Origin: a virus
Virus record (IMG/VR): IMGVR_UViG_3300025030_000045
DNA: 64,000 nt
Reading direction: 5' to 3' (one strand)
Both the position numbers and the translations under genes were made by a program. The notes under the pieces are model-generated. The model did not search any database. It saw only the letters and a list, made by a program, of their open reading frames with translations, and was not told the origin of the DNA. Below, one piece after another: positions 29,113 to 38,818 of this stretch (position 1 is the stretch's first letter; the number at the start of each line of letters is the position of its first letter).

Positions 29113-32100
29113 TTACACCAGTACAATAGTGGGTTCGTTGATATTCACGCGGATGACCTGGTTAAAGCGACAATCAAAATCAGAGATTACGCCGATGATG
29201 TTTCCTGTTGTTGAATCATACTCATTATCTGGTATGATCCTCAAAATATCAACTTTATTTTCGCTTTCGCTGTAATTATCAAACAGCGATTTTATATTAG
29301 TTACAGCAACCTCTTCATCATTATAGAAACCGTTGATATTTAGGTTAAAATTGACGGTACCAAGATTATATTGGAATAGACCAAGTTCTGAATCATGAAA
29401 AACATCAAATGCATATAATGCAACACCGGTGAATGTATTACCGAGTTCATCTGTCTTTCTGAACGGTTCAATTACCACATTTTCTCTAAGTCCTAATCTT
29501 CTAAGTGATTTGGTGTTTGTTGAGTTAATGACTACGCTATAGTCACTTGCACCATATGTTGGCCCATCCCAAGTAATTGTGAGGAGATCTGTTGCATCCT
29601 CTTCACCCGGGAAGATATAACTCAAAACAGTTTCATTCGTAGAATCAGCATTTGCAAAAGGAACTTCATCAAATGAAGCTAGGAAAGGCAATGACCATGC
29701 TGCCCCGTCATATTTGAATTCCGCTATCTTTGTTTTGCCCCACAATTTCATTGAAGAAATCGAGTTAATAATGTCGACGAATATGAAGCTCTCCCCAACA
29801 GAAGCCCCAGTCGCTTCGTTGAATGAGGCGACGATTCCATTATCGGCGAGGAATTGCAATGTATCTGCAGATGGGGTGCCAAAGGTGAAAATTTCGTCCC
29901 CAATATCCTCACCAAGACCACCGTCGGGCTTGGTGTATATAACCGTACATATTGTGGTCTTATCGGCCAGAGTCCCTTTTTTGAACTTGAGCTCATATTC
30001 TGTTTCAAGCGGACCGAGTACATTACCGGTTGGCTCGAAGTAAACATAGAACAACGAACCATCTTCACCGAAGAAATTGTACTTATATGTTGTGAGTTCG
30101 AATTCGTCATTGATGTTCTTGGTGACGTTGAACTTCAAAATCTTGGCACCAAGCGTATCACTGTTATACAATGCACGATTAAGATTCTTATGGGTTATTT
30201 TCCCATAAATTGATGATTGTTCTGGTTGGAGATTCGTTGTCTTAAAGTCATTCGTCAACACGAAAACAATTTTACCGGTGCTTAGCGTCTTTAGTTCAGC
30301 GGCGCTGATACCAGCATCTGCCAATGTTGCAACATAATCTCCCGTGTCTGTAAAATTGATAGAATCCCCGACGATTGATAATGTACCAATTGAGAAAGAT
30401 TCTCCTTCTGATGTCTTGATAAAAATATCATCATCGACGATCTCTACCCAACAAGACTTGTTGCCCTCGTACCAAACAGTTTTATTCTTTTCTGTTGCAC
30501 TAATCTTGTTGTCCGGGAATGTATATGATAATGCACTGTTTAGGATTTTAACACCGAACACATCAATTTCATTACCAGAGATTTCATCGATAATTGTGCC
30601 ACTGTTTAACTGATCGATGATATTTTTATTCTTCTTAAGAAAGTTTGTTGTTATTTTGTTTCCGTTTACGCCTTTAGTATAATTACCACTTGGGTCCTTT
30701 AGGAAACGAACTGGTAATTGCATCTGCGCTGACTTGATGTTATAGAAACTATTATCATTTAATACAACATAGTAGTCGCTGAAAATCTTGGAAGAAAGTA
30801 CACCGTTTGTTTCTTCAATTGCCGAAGCAATTTTTGATGCGCGGTAACTAACACCAAAGTCCATGAGGTTTTCAGAGAAATATTTTGCAGCATTTTCCCG
30901 AGCAGATGTAACGATCGAATCTTGCTCCTTTTGTGTAAGAGTGGCAGAGATGTCAATTCGAGGGGAGATGTCAAGATAAACATACGTCGGCTTCAAAAAG
31001 AATTTTCTTGTTGCGATGATACCGATATTTTTCATTGAGGCGAGGATTTCATCTTCCTCGGTCGTATCAAGAAAAATCCGTTCGTTGTCAATCAAAGATA
31101 TGTTTGCATCCAATGGCGGAATACATGTCACGTATGCATCACCCAAGTAATCACGATCGCCTGGCTTTAATAAATCTCCACCGATGATATTATAATACTC
31201 AGCAACAGCAGAGAATGTATCGCTAAGAACGGTTCTAAAGTCATTCTCTGTTACACCTCGGCCGGCCGCAGCAAAATATCTCGGGGCATTCTCCCTAATT
31301 TCTTCAATACTTTCGGCATCTTTGCCGCCGAATGATTTTGAACTCGAGAGAGTTTCAAATGTAAGTTTGGTGAGGTCAATTGATGAAATATCGAATGATT
31401 TATTTGGGACAAGATTCGTTGGAATGCTGATCCCAGTTTCACCGTTCCCAGCAGCACCGATTGTCTCAAGATATTCAACGATGATGGTCTCTGTCGTGGA
31501 AGGAATTTGGCCAATGAGGCCATTTCCGAAAATGAATTTCGGATACCCATTAACAATATCTTCCTCGACAAAATAAATTTTACTACGAGTGATATCAAAG
31601 AACGTCTTAGACACGTCCCATTTCATTTTGGAATAATCTGGTTCATTTGTATTCTTAACAAACAAAGAAACGTTATTTTCGTCGATGAACTTATTAGGGA
31701 TTGTGAATGCTTGCATAGAGGCACCACCACCAAAAGTTCTATACTCGTTAAATGCACCCTGATATAGCGTCGTCGAACCCGAAAGTGAGGTCGGGTCCTT
31801 CTCGTCGAAAGATAATACAATCGGTGTGATGTTGACAAATGATTGCCCGTTTTTAATCCCCGGGAATATAGTTTTTGGTGGAATTATAATACGGCTGCTC
31901 TTATTAAAGGTAGCCGTTCCCTGATACTTGAATTTACCGGGGAGCCGAGCTGCTCTTGCTCGTTTCGGTCTGTAACCCATACTCTTGGCGATTGAAATTG
32001 CATTCTTTCTAAGAGTAGTTGTATCAATGAAGTTATCATTAGCAATGGTTGATACTTGATAAGACATCAGCATCGTAACATACGCCATCGTATCAATGAT

Positions 32101-32220
32101 GTAGGCCAGATTGCTACCCTTATAATCAAACTCGGCGGTATACTTACCTTTACTCTTTAGAAATTCGACAACCTGCTGACGAACATCTTCGTATCTAATT
32201 GCATTGAGGGTAAATTGCAT
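29113..32220 (-). CDS. gp6: baseplate wedge subunit
   Basis: FDY.GS.L....D..AY, F.DT...R.......K..GY.P, FGNG..G, GG...ESI..IR..AP......R.VT..D. Confidence 0.92.
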   Translation of the reverse strand: MQFTLNAIRYEDVRQQVVEFLKSKGKYTAEFDYKGSNLAYIIDTMAYVTMLMSYQVSTIANDNFIDTTTLRKNAISIAKSMGYRPKRARAARLPGKFKYQGTATFNKSSRIIIPPKTIFPGIKNGQSFVNITPIVLSFDEKDPTSLSGSTTLYQGAFNEYRTFGGGASMQAFTIPNKFIDENNVSLFVKNTNEPDYSKMKWDVSKTFFDITRSKIYFVEEDIVNGYPKFIFGNGLIGQIPSTTETIIVEYLETIGAAGNGETGISIPTNLVPNKSFDISSIDLTKLTFETLSSSKSFGGKDAESIEEIRENAPRYFAAAGRGVTENDFRTVLSDTFSAVAEYYNIIGGDLLKPGDRDYLGDAYVTCIPPLDANISLIDNERIFLDTTEEDEILASMKNIGIIATRKFFLKPTYVYLDISPRIDISATLTQKEQDSIVTSARENAAKYFSENLMDFGVSYRASKIASAIEETNGVLSSKIFSDYYVVLNDNSFYNIKSAQMQLPVRFLKDPSGNYTKGVNGNKITTNFLKKNKNIIDQLNSGTIIDEISGNEIDVFGVKILNSALSYTFPDNKISATEKNKTVWYEGNKSCWVEIVDDDIFIKTSEGESFSIGTLSIVGDSINFTDTGDYVATLADAGISAAELKTLSTGKIVFVLTNDFKTTNLQPEQSSIYGKITHKNLNRALYNSDTLGAKILKFNVTKNINDEFELTTYKYNFFGEDGSLFYVYFEPTGNVLGPLETEYELKFKKGTLADKTTICTVIYTKPDGGLGEDIGDEIFTFGTPSADTLQFLADNGIVASFNEATGASVGESFIFVDIINSISSMKLWGKTKIAEFKYDGAAWSLPFLASFDEVPFANADSTNETVLSYIFPGEEDATDLLTITWDGPTYGASDYSVVINSTNTKSLRRLGLRENVVIEPFRKTDELGNTFTGVALYAFDVFHDSELGLFQYNLGTVNFNLNINGFYNDEEVAVTNIKSLFDNYSESENKVDILRIIPDNEYDSTTGNIIGVISDFDCRFNQVIRVNINEPTIVLV

Positions 32221-32232
32221 TGTCTTTTCCTC

Positions 32233-32640
32233 TTATCTAATTTTATTGAGCTTGGTTGACAGTGTTAAAACATTCTTATTAGTGTTGACATTAAAAACAA
32301 TGGTGATCTCAAATGTGTATTCATCTGGTAATGGTGTTACAATGATGTCGAGATTTTCTATTCTCGTTTCATCTCTCTTCAGTGCAGAAAGAATTTCATC
32401 TGCAATTCTACTAGCATACCAAATTGTGATATGTTGAAATAGGAATTGGTTGAGATTACAGCCAAATGTAGGGTTCATTACTCGTTCTGTTGGTTGTGTT
32501 AAAATTATGTTAAACACTGATTCCAAAACTGACTGTTCGTTAGTCAAAATCTCAACATCGGAATTAGTCTCAGAGACAGTAATCCCTTCTTTGTTGATGT
32601 CAAAATAAATGATGTCTTTGAACTGTGATATCGCGGTCAT
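32233..32640 (-). CDS. gp25: baseplate wedge subunit
   Basis: NE.SV..S..NII.T...ER...P.FGC.L...LF, E.RI. Confidence 0.9.
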   Translation of the reverse strand: MTAISQFKDIIYFDINKEGITVSETNSDVEILTNEQSVLESVFNIILTQPTERVMNPTFGCNLNQFLFQHITIWYASRIADEILSALKRDETRIENLDIIVTPLPDEYTFEITIVFNVNTNKNVLTLSTKLNKIR

Positions 32641-32682
32641 AAATTTCCTCTAAACTAAGACTTTAATTTATTTATTTCACTC

Positions 32683-32714
32683 CAAAGGGGACTGCTTTAA
32701 AGCAGTCCCCTTTG
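32683..32714. terminator. perfect 32-bp palindrome, terminator after gp32
   Basis: caaaggggactgcttt|aaagcagtcccctttg. Confidence 0.75.
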
Positions 32715-32739
32715 TGATGTTTCATGATGTAATGTTACG

Positions 32740-33687
32740 TTACTTGAGATTTTTGAAGAATGCCATATCAGCATCAACACCGGAACCACCACTCGTTTCG
32801 GTGGTTGTCGTTGTGTCGGTTTCCTCTTCAGTAGTCTCATCATCGCCACTGAGGAAAGGATTCTCTGTTTCAGAGGTTGTCGTGGTGGTTGTGGTAGTTT
32901 CTTTTTCCTCATCCTCACCAGAAGAAACAACTTCGCCGAGAAGGAATCCGACTTCTTCGATGACTTTCTCAACAGTCGGGTAATTCTTAGGATCAAGGAA
33001 TTCCGAGAGTGCGTGAGTTTTGGTCATGAGCTCCGAAATCTTATCGTCATCACCTTTAAGAACTGGTGATTGGCTTGAGAATTCAGAATCGTCGTAGTTC
33101 GGGAATTCGCCCTGCATCTTGATCTTCAATTTGAAGTTTGCACCTTCATAAAGGTCAAAAGGAATGAACTGTACGAAATCCGGGTCTTCCTGATCAGTAT
33201 CACTCGGGAAGAGAAGCTTCTCAATCTTTTCGTAAATCTTGGAACCATAACGGAACAAACGAACGGTGCCGTTATTCTCGGGATTCACGGGGTCGTTGAC
33301 AATGAGAACATTGGAAACGAAGTTAAGACGACGTTTGCGGGCCTTTGCGATTTCTTTATCAGACTCATACGGAGAATTGAAATACTCTCCATTTTTCTTA
33401 CAGACAGGGCAAGCGGGGTCCCAACCGAAAGTCGAGATGCAGTTGTTGATGTACCACTTTTGTGCACCGTCTTTTGTGTACTTGAATCCGTGGCTGTAGT
33501 ACTTAACAAACGGGTTGCCTTCAGTGTCAGGAAGGAAACGGATCGTCCAGAAACCCTTACGATCTTTTGCTTTCCAGTCAGGATTCCAATAACGGTCATC
33601 CTTATAATTCTTACGGCCTTTTTCCTCTTCTGTTTTGATCTTTGTCTTGAGTTCATCCCAGTTAAACTTGAATGTGCCTTTGGCCAT
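32740..33687 (-). CDS. gp32: single-stranded DNA-binding protein
   Basis: DDRYW, IRFLP, HGF, WYINNC.ST, CPVC, N.L...DP.NPEN.G, PFD...GANF.LK, NYD.S.F; acidic tail ending FFKNL; AAGGAG before ATG 33687. Confidence 0.96.
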   Translation of the reverse strand: MAKGTFKFNWDELKTKIKTEEEKGRKNYKDDRYWNPDWKAKDRKGFWTIRFLPDTEGNPFVKYYSHGFKYTKDGAQKWYINNCISTFGWDPACPVCKKNGEYFNSPYESDKEIAKARKRRLNFVSNVLIVNDPVNPENNGTVRLFRYGSKIYEKIEKLLFPSDTDQEDPDFVQFIPFDLYEGANFKLKIKMQGEFPNYDDSEFSSQSPVLKGDDDKISELMTKTHALSEFLDPKNYPTVEKVIEEVGFLLGEVVSSGEDEEKETTTTTTTTSETENPFLSGDDETTEEETDTTTTTETSGGSGVDADMAFFKNLK

Positions 33688-33777
33688 GGTGGTGCTCCTT
33701 TCGAGGGATATCAACCCTCATCTTTGGGTGTGCGCCCCGTAGGGCAGGGTATCGTCGAAAAACAATTTCGACAATAT

Positions 33778-33785
33778 TATTTATA
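33778..33785 (-). promoter_or_regulatory. late promoter TATAAATA for gp32
   Basis: Exact consensus on the - strand. Confidence 0.75.
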
Positions 33786-33851
33786 CTTTAGGCGTGGAAA
33801 AGAAGATTTTCTAGAGGGAAATTCTTTGGTGGGGTGGTACAGAGGAAGAGT

Positions 33852-33881
33852 ATTATAAACCAGATTGGTGGTGAATGTCAA
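33852..33881 (-). promoter_or_regulatory. sigma70-type promoter for gp32
   Basis: TTGACA-18-TATAAT within the end of the upstream gene. Confidence 0.65.
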
Positions 33882-34812
33882 GGATTGATTTACAGAAGGC
33901 ATTAAAAAAATCTTCTATGTCAACGGTTGGCTCGAGTACAAATCCACCGGCCTGATCGTGCCCGCCACCAGTGACACCCGGGAGAATAGCATTCACCCTT
34001 TCAGAGATATCGCTCATCTTCATTCCATTATTCAATCGAACCGAAAAATTTAATGTGTTTGAGGTTTTTTCCTTCAGCATCAAGTAGATATCGTAGTCGG
34101 GGAAGTCAACTGTCCAGTCATTACCCCATTCACCGCGAGCATCATAAACGAAGAGCAATTTGTATGGGTCAAGTGGAACATCAACCCTCTCAGCCGAATC
34201 TTGGTACTGTTTCTTTGCTGCTCGAAAATTTGATAAGAGCGCCTTTGTTTCTCTGTCGTAATCTAAAGAGCCAGAAATAAACTTACTGATGAACATGTCT
34301 GTCTTGAAATGCCAGAAAAGAGCATTCAAATCCCAAGCGTCACTGAAGGAAGGAGCGTTTGTTCGCCACATATCATATACATCTGTGAGGAAAACCATTT
34401 CCTTGACGTTGTCTAACTCAAAGCCGCCGTCAAGGAAGTATTCATAGGTTAACATAGACCCACAACGATCGCTGGCCCAGCGGTATATGAACCGTTCTTT
34501 ATATTCAGCGTGGAGTTCCTCTAGATCATTGTGGTCCTCCCGCGGATGGTGGTCAATATAAATCAACCGGGCGACGCAGGAATCCTTTAGAATCGCTTCT
34601 AGCTCTTGTTTCTCGAGTCGAAGATCGGTAACGAATAAAACGAGTTCATCATGGCGACCTCTCCACAATATGTTCTTAAGCTTTTCAGCTAGCGGCTTCC
34701 CATAACCGGTTGCTTGGAGATCAAGATCATGGTTGGGTGGTAGACAATTCTTGATGACGATTGCGCAAACAATTCCGTCTGTATCATAGTGTGTGAGCTG
34801 GGCAATTTTCAT
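33853..34812 (-). CDS. DHH-family phosphoesterase
   Basis: TH.D.DG, TDL, IDHH, D.YD.W, FS.R, GGGH..AGG. Confidence 0.9.
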   Translation of the reverse strand: MKIAQLTHYDTDGIVCAIVIKNCLPPNHDLDLQATGYGKPLAEKLKNILWRGRHDELVLFVTDLRLEKQELEAILKDSCVARLIYIDHHPREDHNDLEELHAEYKERFIYRWASDRCGSMLTYEYFLDGGFELDNVKEMVFLTDVYDMWRTNAPSFSDAWDLNALFWHFKTDMFISKFISGSLDYDRETKALLSNFRAAKKQYQDSAERVDVPLDPYKLLFVYDARGEWGNDWTVDFPDYDIYLMLKEKTSNTLNFSVRLNNGMKMSDISERVNAILPGVTGGGHDQAGGFVLEPTVDIEDFFNAFCKSILDIHHQSGL

Positions 34813-35043
34813 TTATTCTGCTCCCATAAAATCTTCAATCGTTCCTTCGACTTTTTTGTTTCTGAAATATTTCTTCTTAACAAAATCTGTCTTTAGTTTA
34901 TCAACGATGTTTGGATGAAGTTGTTCGACCAAATCCTCGATGTCAGCTATCTCATTTTCTTCTGCAAACTCAAGGACGGCTTCAATGTAGCTGCACTTTT
35001 TAGTTGCAACCTTCCGTTCTATTTCGGTGGTGATGCTATCCAT
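34813..35043 (-). CDS. gp33: late transcription coactivator
   Basis: IE..V......YIEA.......N.I.......L...I..KL; near gp32. Confidence 0.8.
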   Translation of the reverse strand: MDSITTEIERKVATKKCSYIEAVLEFAEENEIADIEDLVEQLHPNIVDKLKTDFVKKKYFRNKKVEGTIEDFMGAE

Positions 35044-35512
35044 ACTTCACACTCGATTCACGACGGAGAATTTCCTTGACAAGGTTTCTAGTTTTCGGAT
35101 GAAGGTTCATCAAGTGACCGTTATTTTCAAACCATCCCTTTGCGCCCCATTCACCAGTGATCACCCGACCCGCGCCGAACCAATCAGCAACCATTTCGAG
35201 AACATACCGCCCCGGCATTTCAAGCGGCTCTGATGTTCCGCGATCCATCGTCAGCACCCAATACTGCCAGTGGTGTTTATTCTTTTTCTGATGTTCGTTC
35301 CACGCCATGTTAAAAGCATCATTCTCGACATACTGCCCACCGCCATCTGATTTATAGAATGTCTTTGCATATGCAAAAAACTCAGATGGGTTAAACTTTG
35401 ACATGTCATGGAGTAAACCGATGTAAAGCGGAACGCTGAGCCGTTTGCAGGCAACGAGAACGAACCACTTGTGTTTGATGACGTACTTAAAGTAATTGAT
35501 GTATCTTTTCAT
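35036..35512 (-). CDS. DUF5662-like HD-fold protein
   Basis: HK.FV, LHD.SKF...EF, AW..H...NKHHW.YW, EM..DW. Confidence 0.75.
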   Translation of the reverse strand: MKRYINYFKYVIKHKWFVLVACKRLSVPLYIGLLHDMSKFNPSEFFAYAKTFYKSDGGGQYVENDAFNMAWNEHQKKNKHHWQYWVLTMDRGTSEPLEMPGRYVLEMVADWFGAGRVITGEWGAKGWFENNGHLMNLHPKTRNLVKEILRRESSVKYG

Positions 35513-35515
35513 GAT

Positions 35516-35746
35516 TTACTCCAAAATTTCGTTGTGTATTTCTTTTTTAACAGCTTCTTGAATTTCTAACGCAACATCGTCACCGAGTCGCTTTATATCA
35601 TTTTCATCAAACAATACAGTGACTTCAATTTTATCATCCTTCGGATTTAATAAAACCATGACATTGGTATTATATTTCGGAATTCTGAACATCAATTGAT
35701 TTGGTGCTAATTGAATATGTGGCGTGTCGTTTGCTTCAATTTCCAT
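35516..35746 (-). CDS. hypothetical protein
   Basis: Packed within the operon. Confidence 0.55.
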   Translation of the reverse strand: MEIEANDTPHIQLAPNQLMFRIPKYNTNVMVLLNPKDDKIEVTVLFDENDIKRLGDDVALEIQEAVKKEIHNEILE

Positions 35747-36221
35747 GATGAACCACCTCTATTCCACAGAGCTTAAGAAATTCAAGTCCTTCGATTGATC
35801 TGTCATAAGGCTTATCATATACCACACGGGTTATTCCGGATGCGATGATGGCCTTTGCACAATCAATACACGGTGAATAGGAGACATAGATTGTCGCACC
35901 AGCAACACTCATCCCATGCTTCGCCGCAAAAATCAAAGCATTCATCTCTGCATGAATTTCGTATTTACTAAACTCGGCATGTTGATCTCTAGTGATGTTG
36001 GAATAGTCCAACCGCATCCGTACGATGTCTCTATGCGCCATGGGGGCAAAGTGATCGTCACAATTCTCAAATCCGGGCGGTGTTCCATTGTAACCCGTTG
36101 AGATGATGCGACCATCTTTGACGATAACAGCGCCAACTTTAACTCGCACACAATGTGACAGCCCAGCAAAATCATCAGCGATTGTGATAAAGAAACTATC
36201 CATCTTTTCTTGTTTACTCAT
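35736..36221 (-). CDS. cd: dCMP deaminase
   Basis: S.C....VGA.IV...RIIS.GYNG.P, HAE.NA, PC..C; TGATG-coupled to the TS-like gene. Confidence 0.93.
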   Translation of the reverse strand: MSKQEKMDSFFITIADDFAGLSHCVRVKVGAVIVKDGRIISTGYNGTPPGFENCDDHFAPMAHRDIVRMRLDYSNITRDQHAEFSKYEIHAEMNALIFAAKHGMSVAGATIYVSYSPCIDCAKAIIASGITRVVYDKPYDRSIEGLEFLKLCGIEVVHHGN

Positions 36222-37105
36222 CACTTGGAATTCTCCTGTAACCAATTGAAGAATTCATCTGAACCCTGATATTCTTGATGACGAATCTCTATGATCTCCG
36301 GCGCAGGATTGCAATAGATGTCAATCGGCGTTTCAGCGATAAGTGGAAGTGATGCTGGCAATAGATCACCCGCAAACATTTTCTCGATCATTTTGAAATT
36401 GCGTTCGTATATGTGGAGGGATGTTGCGTTGTGATACAATGAACCGATCTTGAGATTTGGATATGTCGGAAGAAGGTGAATTCGCATGACTTGCATTAGC
36501 AGCGAGAAGAAAGGAATGTCATATGTCACACCGAACCAAATATCATTCGACCGCATATAGACATGGAAGTTCAATGCATCTTCACGGATCATGAACATCC
36601 CATAGATGGTGCAGACAAAATCTTTGGTGCCGGGTTCTTGGTGGTGCGGTTTATTAAAATGCATAATTGCTTGGCGGGTGTCTTTGTCATTTATGAGCGA
36701 ATTTAAAGCCCACTCCCACTGTTTGTGGCCGTAATCATTCTTTTCAGTAAACAGAAGATTACCGTAAGCCGAGTTGAGTTCACCTTTAGCATTCTTCAGT
36801 TGATCCCAGAACGTCGAATACTTTGCGATTCCGTCGATATGATTCTCGCCCATGAAGTACCAGATGAGTTCGCCGGCAAGGTATCTGAGATCAACAGATC
36901 GAGCTGGACCAGCAAATAAATTGCTTGTGGGATCGGTTAAAACTAATGCCTGGTTAACGACCTCTTTGATCTTCTGACCACGAGGAGCAGTAACGAAGTG
37001 GGGCTCATAAAAGACCTTGCTGATTGCTTTTTGATAGAGACCGGCGAATGTATCTGAAATGATTGGTGAATTGATTTCATCACCCATGCGAAGATTTGAA
37101 TCCAT
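36221..37105 (-). CDS. thymidylate-synthase-family enzyme, probably dCMP hydroxymethylase/methylase type
   Basis: NSAYG, D..TRQA, DFVCT, MRSND...G..YD (Asp at the dUMP/dCMP discriminator), SLH.Y. Confidence 0.72.
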   Translation of the reverse strand: MDSNLRMGDEINSPIISDTFAGLYQKAISKVFYEPHFVTAPRGQKIKEVVNQALVLTDPTSNLFAGPARSVDLRYLAGELIWYFMGENHIDGIAKYSTFWDQLKNAKGELNSAYGNLLFTEKNDYGHKQWEWALNSLINDKDTRQAIMHFNKPHHQEPGTKDFVCTIYGMFMIREDALNFHVYMRSNDIWFGVTYDIPFFSLLMQVMRIHLLPTYPNLKIGSLYHNATSLHIYERNFKMIEKMFAGDLLPASLPLIAETPIDIYCNPAPEIIEIRHQEYQGSDEFFNWLQENSK

Positions 37106-37150
37106 GTATACCTCTTTTTAATAGTGAGTGTTTGACATTAAGGAAGAAAT

Positions 37151-37179
37151 ATTATATCACAAACCCTTAACGGAGTCAA
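37151..37179 (-). promoter_or_regulatory. sigma70-type promoter for the TS-like operon
   Basis: TTGACT-17-TATAAT. Confidence 0.6.
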
Positions 37180-37678
37180 TCGAAATTATCCGATGTAGGG
37201 TATAATCATTATCTCTACGAGCGAAAACAATGATGTGATCATTGAAGAAAACCCTCTTTTCCTTGGAGAGTTTGATGACTTCTCTTAGAGAAAATCCTCG
37301 TGGTTTCTCGTAATCACAGAAACCCGGGATGAATGCTTTCACCTCTACAATACTATTTGTAGGGATGTGAATCAGATCATGATATTTCCAACGACCATTG
37401 ATTAATGTGGAGTAACCGACGTGATCTTTAAGATATTCGGTTGTTGATTCTGGTGTCAGTTTGATGAAGTTCTTATCAGTTGCGAGGATGAATAATTCTG
37501 CGGCTTTACCGTATGCAATATGACGCAGTTGGGTCTCACGGTTTCTCGTTTCCCCGTTATGACCCAACCGCGTATGTATACTGTCGAAAAGATTCTCTTC
37601 CTTAACAATTTCTTCAAAACGTTTTGACTTTACGAATGTCGATATGTCACATGTAAAATGAATTCCCTGCGCTAACAT
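37157..37678 (-). CDS. PD-(D/E)xK nuclease, DenB/endonuclease IV-like
   Basis: G..AE.F, Y.D....P....VEVK, G..L, D.II.F in the same order as recalled for T4 DenB. Confidence 0.5.
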   Translation of the reverse strand: MLAQGIHFTCDISTFVKSKRFEEIVKEENLFDSIHTRLGHNGETRNRETQLRHIAYGKAAELFILATDKNFIKLTPESTTEYLKDHVGYSTLINGRWKYHDLIHIPTNSIVEVKAFIPGFCDYEKPRGFSLREVIKLSKEKRVFFNDHIIVFARRDNDYTLHRIISIDSVKGL

Positions 37679-37935
37679 CAGTCAAGGTCTTCTCTCCCAC
37701 ATAACAAATTTTCGACATATCTTTCTTCCGGTGAACGGACGATACGACCTTCTGTCTGTGGTAAATTATTGAGTGTACTTGGACCAAATCTAATCGTGCG
37801 ACACGGGCATGTCATCGGACATTTTCTATCTCTACAGAGTTGCATGCGGCGATCATTTTCAAGCAGACGTTGGATGTGCTCGTTTTGTTCGGGGGATAAT
37901 GTGACAGATAAAGATGTCGGTGGTATATGGTTCAT
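37678..37935 (-). CDS. hypothetical Cys-rich protein
   Basis: C....C...C.C cluster; operon-packed. Confidence 0.55.
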   Translation of the reverse strand: MNHIPPTSLSVTLSPEQNEHIQRLLENDRRMQLCRDRKCPMTCPCRTIRFGPSTLNNLPQTEGRIVRSPEERYVENLLCGREDLD

Positions 37936-37938
37936 CAG

Positions 37939-38160
37939 TCATTTTCCTTTCCGCTGGCCGTCTTCCGTCATCATCTTGAGTTTGAGTTTAGCCTTGTCGT
38001 ATTTCAGCTTCGTCTTGTTGAATTCCTCTTCGGAAACGTTTGCCTTGAAGTTATCGCTAGTAAGACGTTTCCGAAGAAACTCAACATATTCAAGTTCATG
38101 AGATAACCGATCTTTAATCGGTGGTGTCGTCTTTGAACGGTGCGAGGGCTTTGTCTTCAT
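37939..38160 (-). CDS. small basic coiled-coil protein (start uncertain)
   Basis: Fills the 37939-38114 gap; KRL.S.NF.A....E resembles the ValRS C-terminal arm. Confidence 0.5.
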   Translation of the reverse strand: MKTKPSHRSKTTPPIKDRLSHELEYVEFLRKRLTSDNFKANVSEEEFNKTKLKYDKAKLKLKMMTEDGQRKGK

Positions 38161-38815
38161 CAGTTCGCTTTTCCTCGATTTTCTGGAGTTTCTCGTCAAC
38201 GTTCTTCCCGGCATTTTCAGCAACCTTCATACCGACCGCACGACAGAACGGACCACGCTGAATACCGAATTCCGACTCGGCTTTATCGGCAAGAGTGATC
38301 TTGACTTGGTCAGCAAGGCAACAGATATCTTTCTGGGTGACAAGCGCATCCTCCATCAGCATCTTGAGAACCTCTTTGCGGTTGTGGGGAACGTCCTGGA
38401 AACCAAATGTTGCAGCCCAGACCTTTTCGATCTTCTCGTCATACTTGACTGAACCATCGACATATACATTTGCGCCGACATCAGCGACTTTCAGCTCAAC
38501 GCCGTACTTGGCTTTCATGTAACCATTGATCTGATCAAGATTACCGAGTGCTTCATACATCAGTACGAAGTGCCCGACCTTTTCGAGGAACGGTTCGATC
38601 TTCGGCGGTGTGGTATCTTTCGGATAACCACCCTTGTAGTAAACGAGGTCCTTGACGAATGCAAAGACGCCTGGTTTTTGACCGAACATCATCTTAAACA
38701 GTTTACGACCACGTGACATCCTGCTTTGGTGATCAACCTTCAATTCCTCTTGAATCTTTGCGCCCTCTTCAAGCAGGACGATGTAATCCTTTTGGTCTTC
38801 GTTTTGGTCTTCCAT
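38114..38815 (-). CDS. hypothetical protein
   Basis: 233-aa ORF with RBS and codon usage like the well-expressed genes. Confidence 0.75.
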   Translation of the reverse strand: MEDQNEDQKDYIVLLEEGAKIQEELKVDHQSRMSRGRKLFKMMFGQKPGVFAFVKDLVYYKGGYPKDTTPPKIEPFLEKVGHFVLMYEALGNLDQINGYMKAKYGVELKVADVGANVYVDGSVKYDEKIEKVWAATFGFQDVPHNRKEVLKMLMEDALVTQKDICCLADQVKITLADKAESEFGIQRGPFCRAVGMKVAENAGKNVDEKLQKIEEKRTDEDKALAPFKDDTTD

Positions 38816-38818
38816 TAA

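Noticed and set aside
32795-32915. acc/acg-rich simple repeats
   Set aside because: They encode poly-Thr in the acidic gp32 tail.
36221-37105. Plain thyA annotation
   Set aside because: Lacks the PCH motif and the dUMP-selecting Asn, so no gene symbol was assigned.
37132-37160. + strand TTGACA as an antisense promoter
   Set aside because: No properly spaced -10; the - strand TTGACT-17-TATAAT explains the region.
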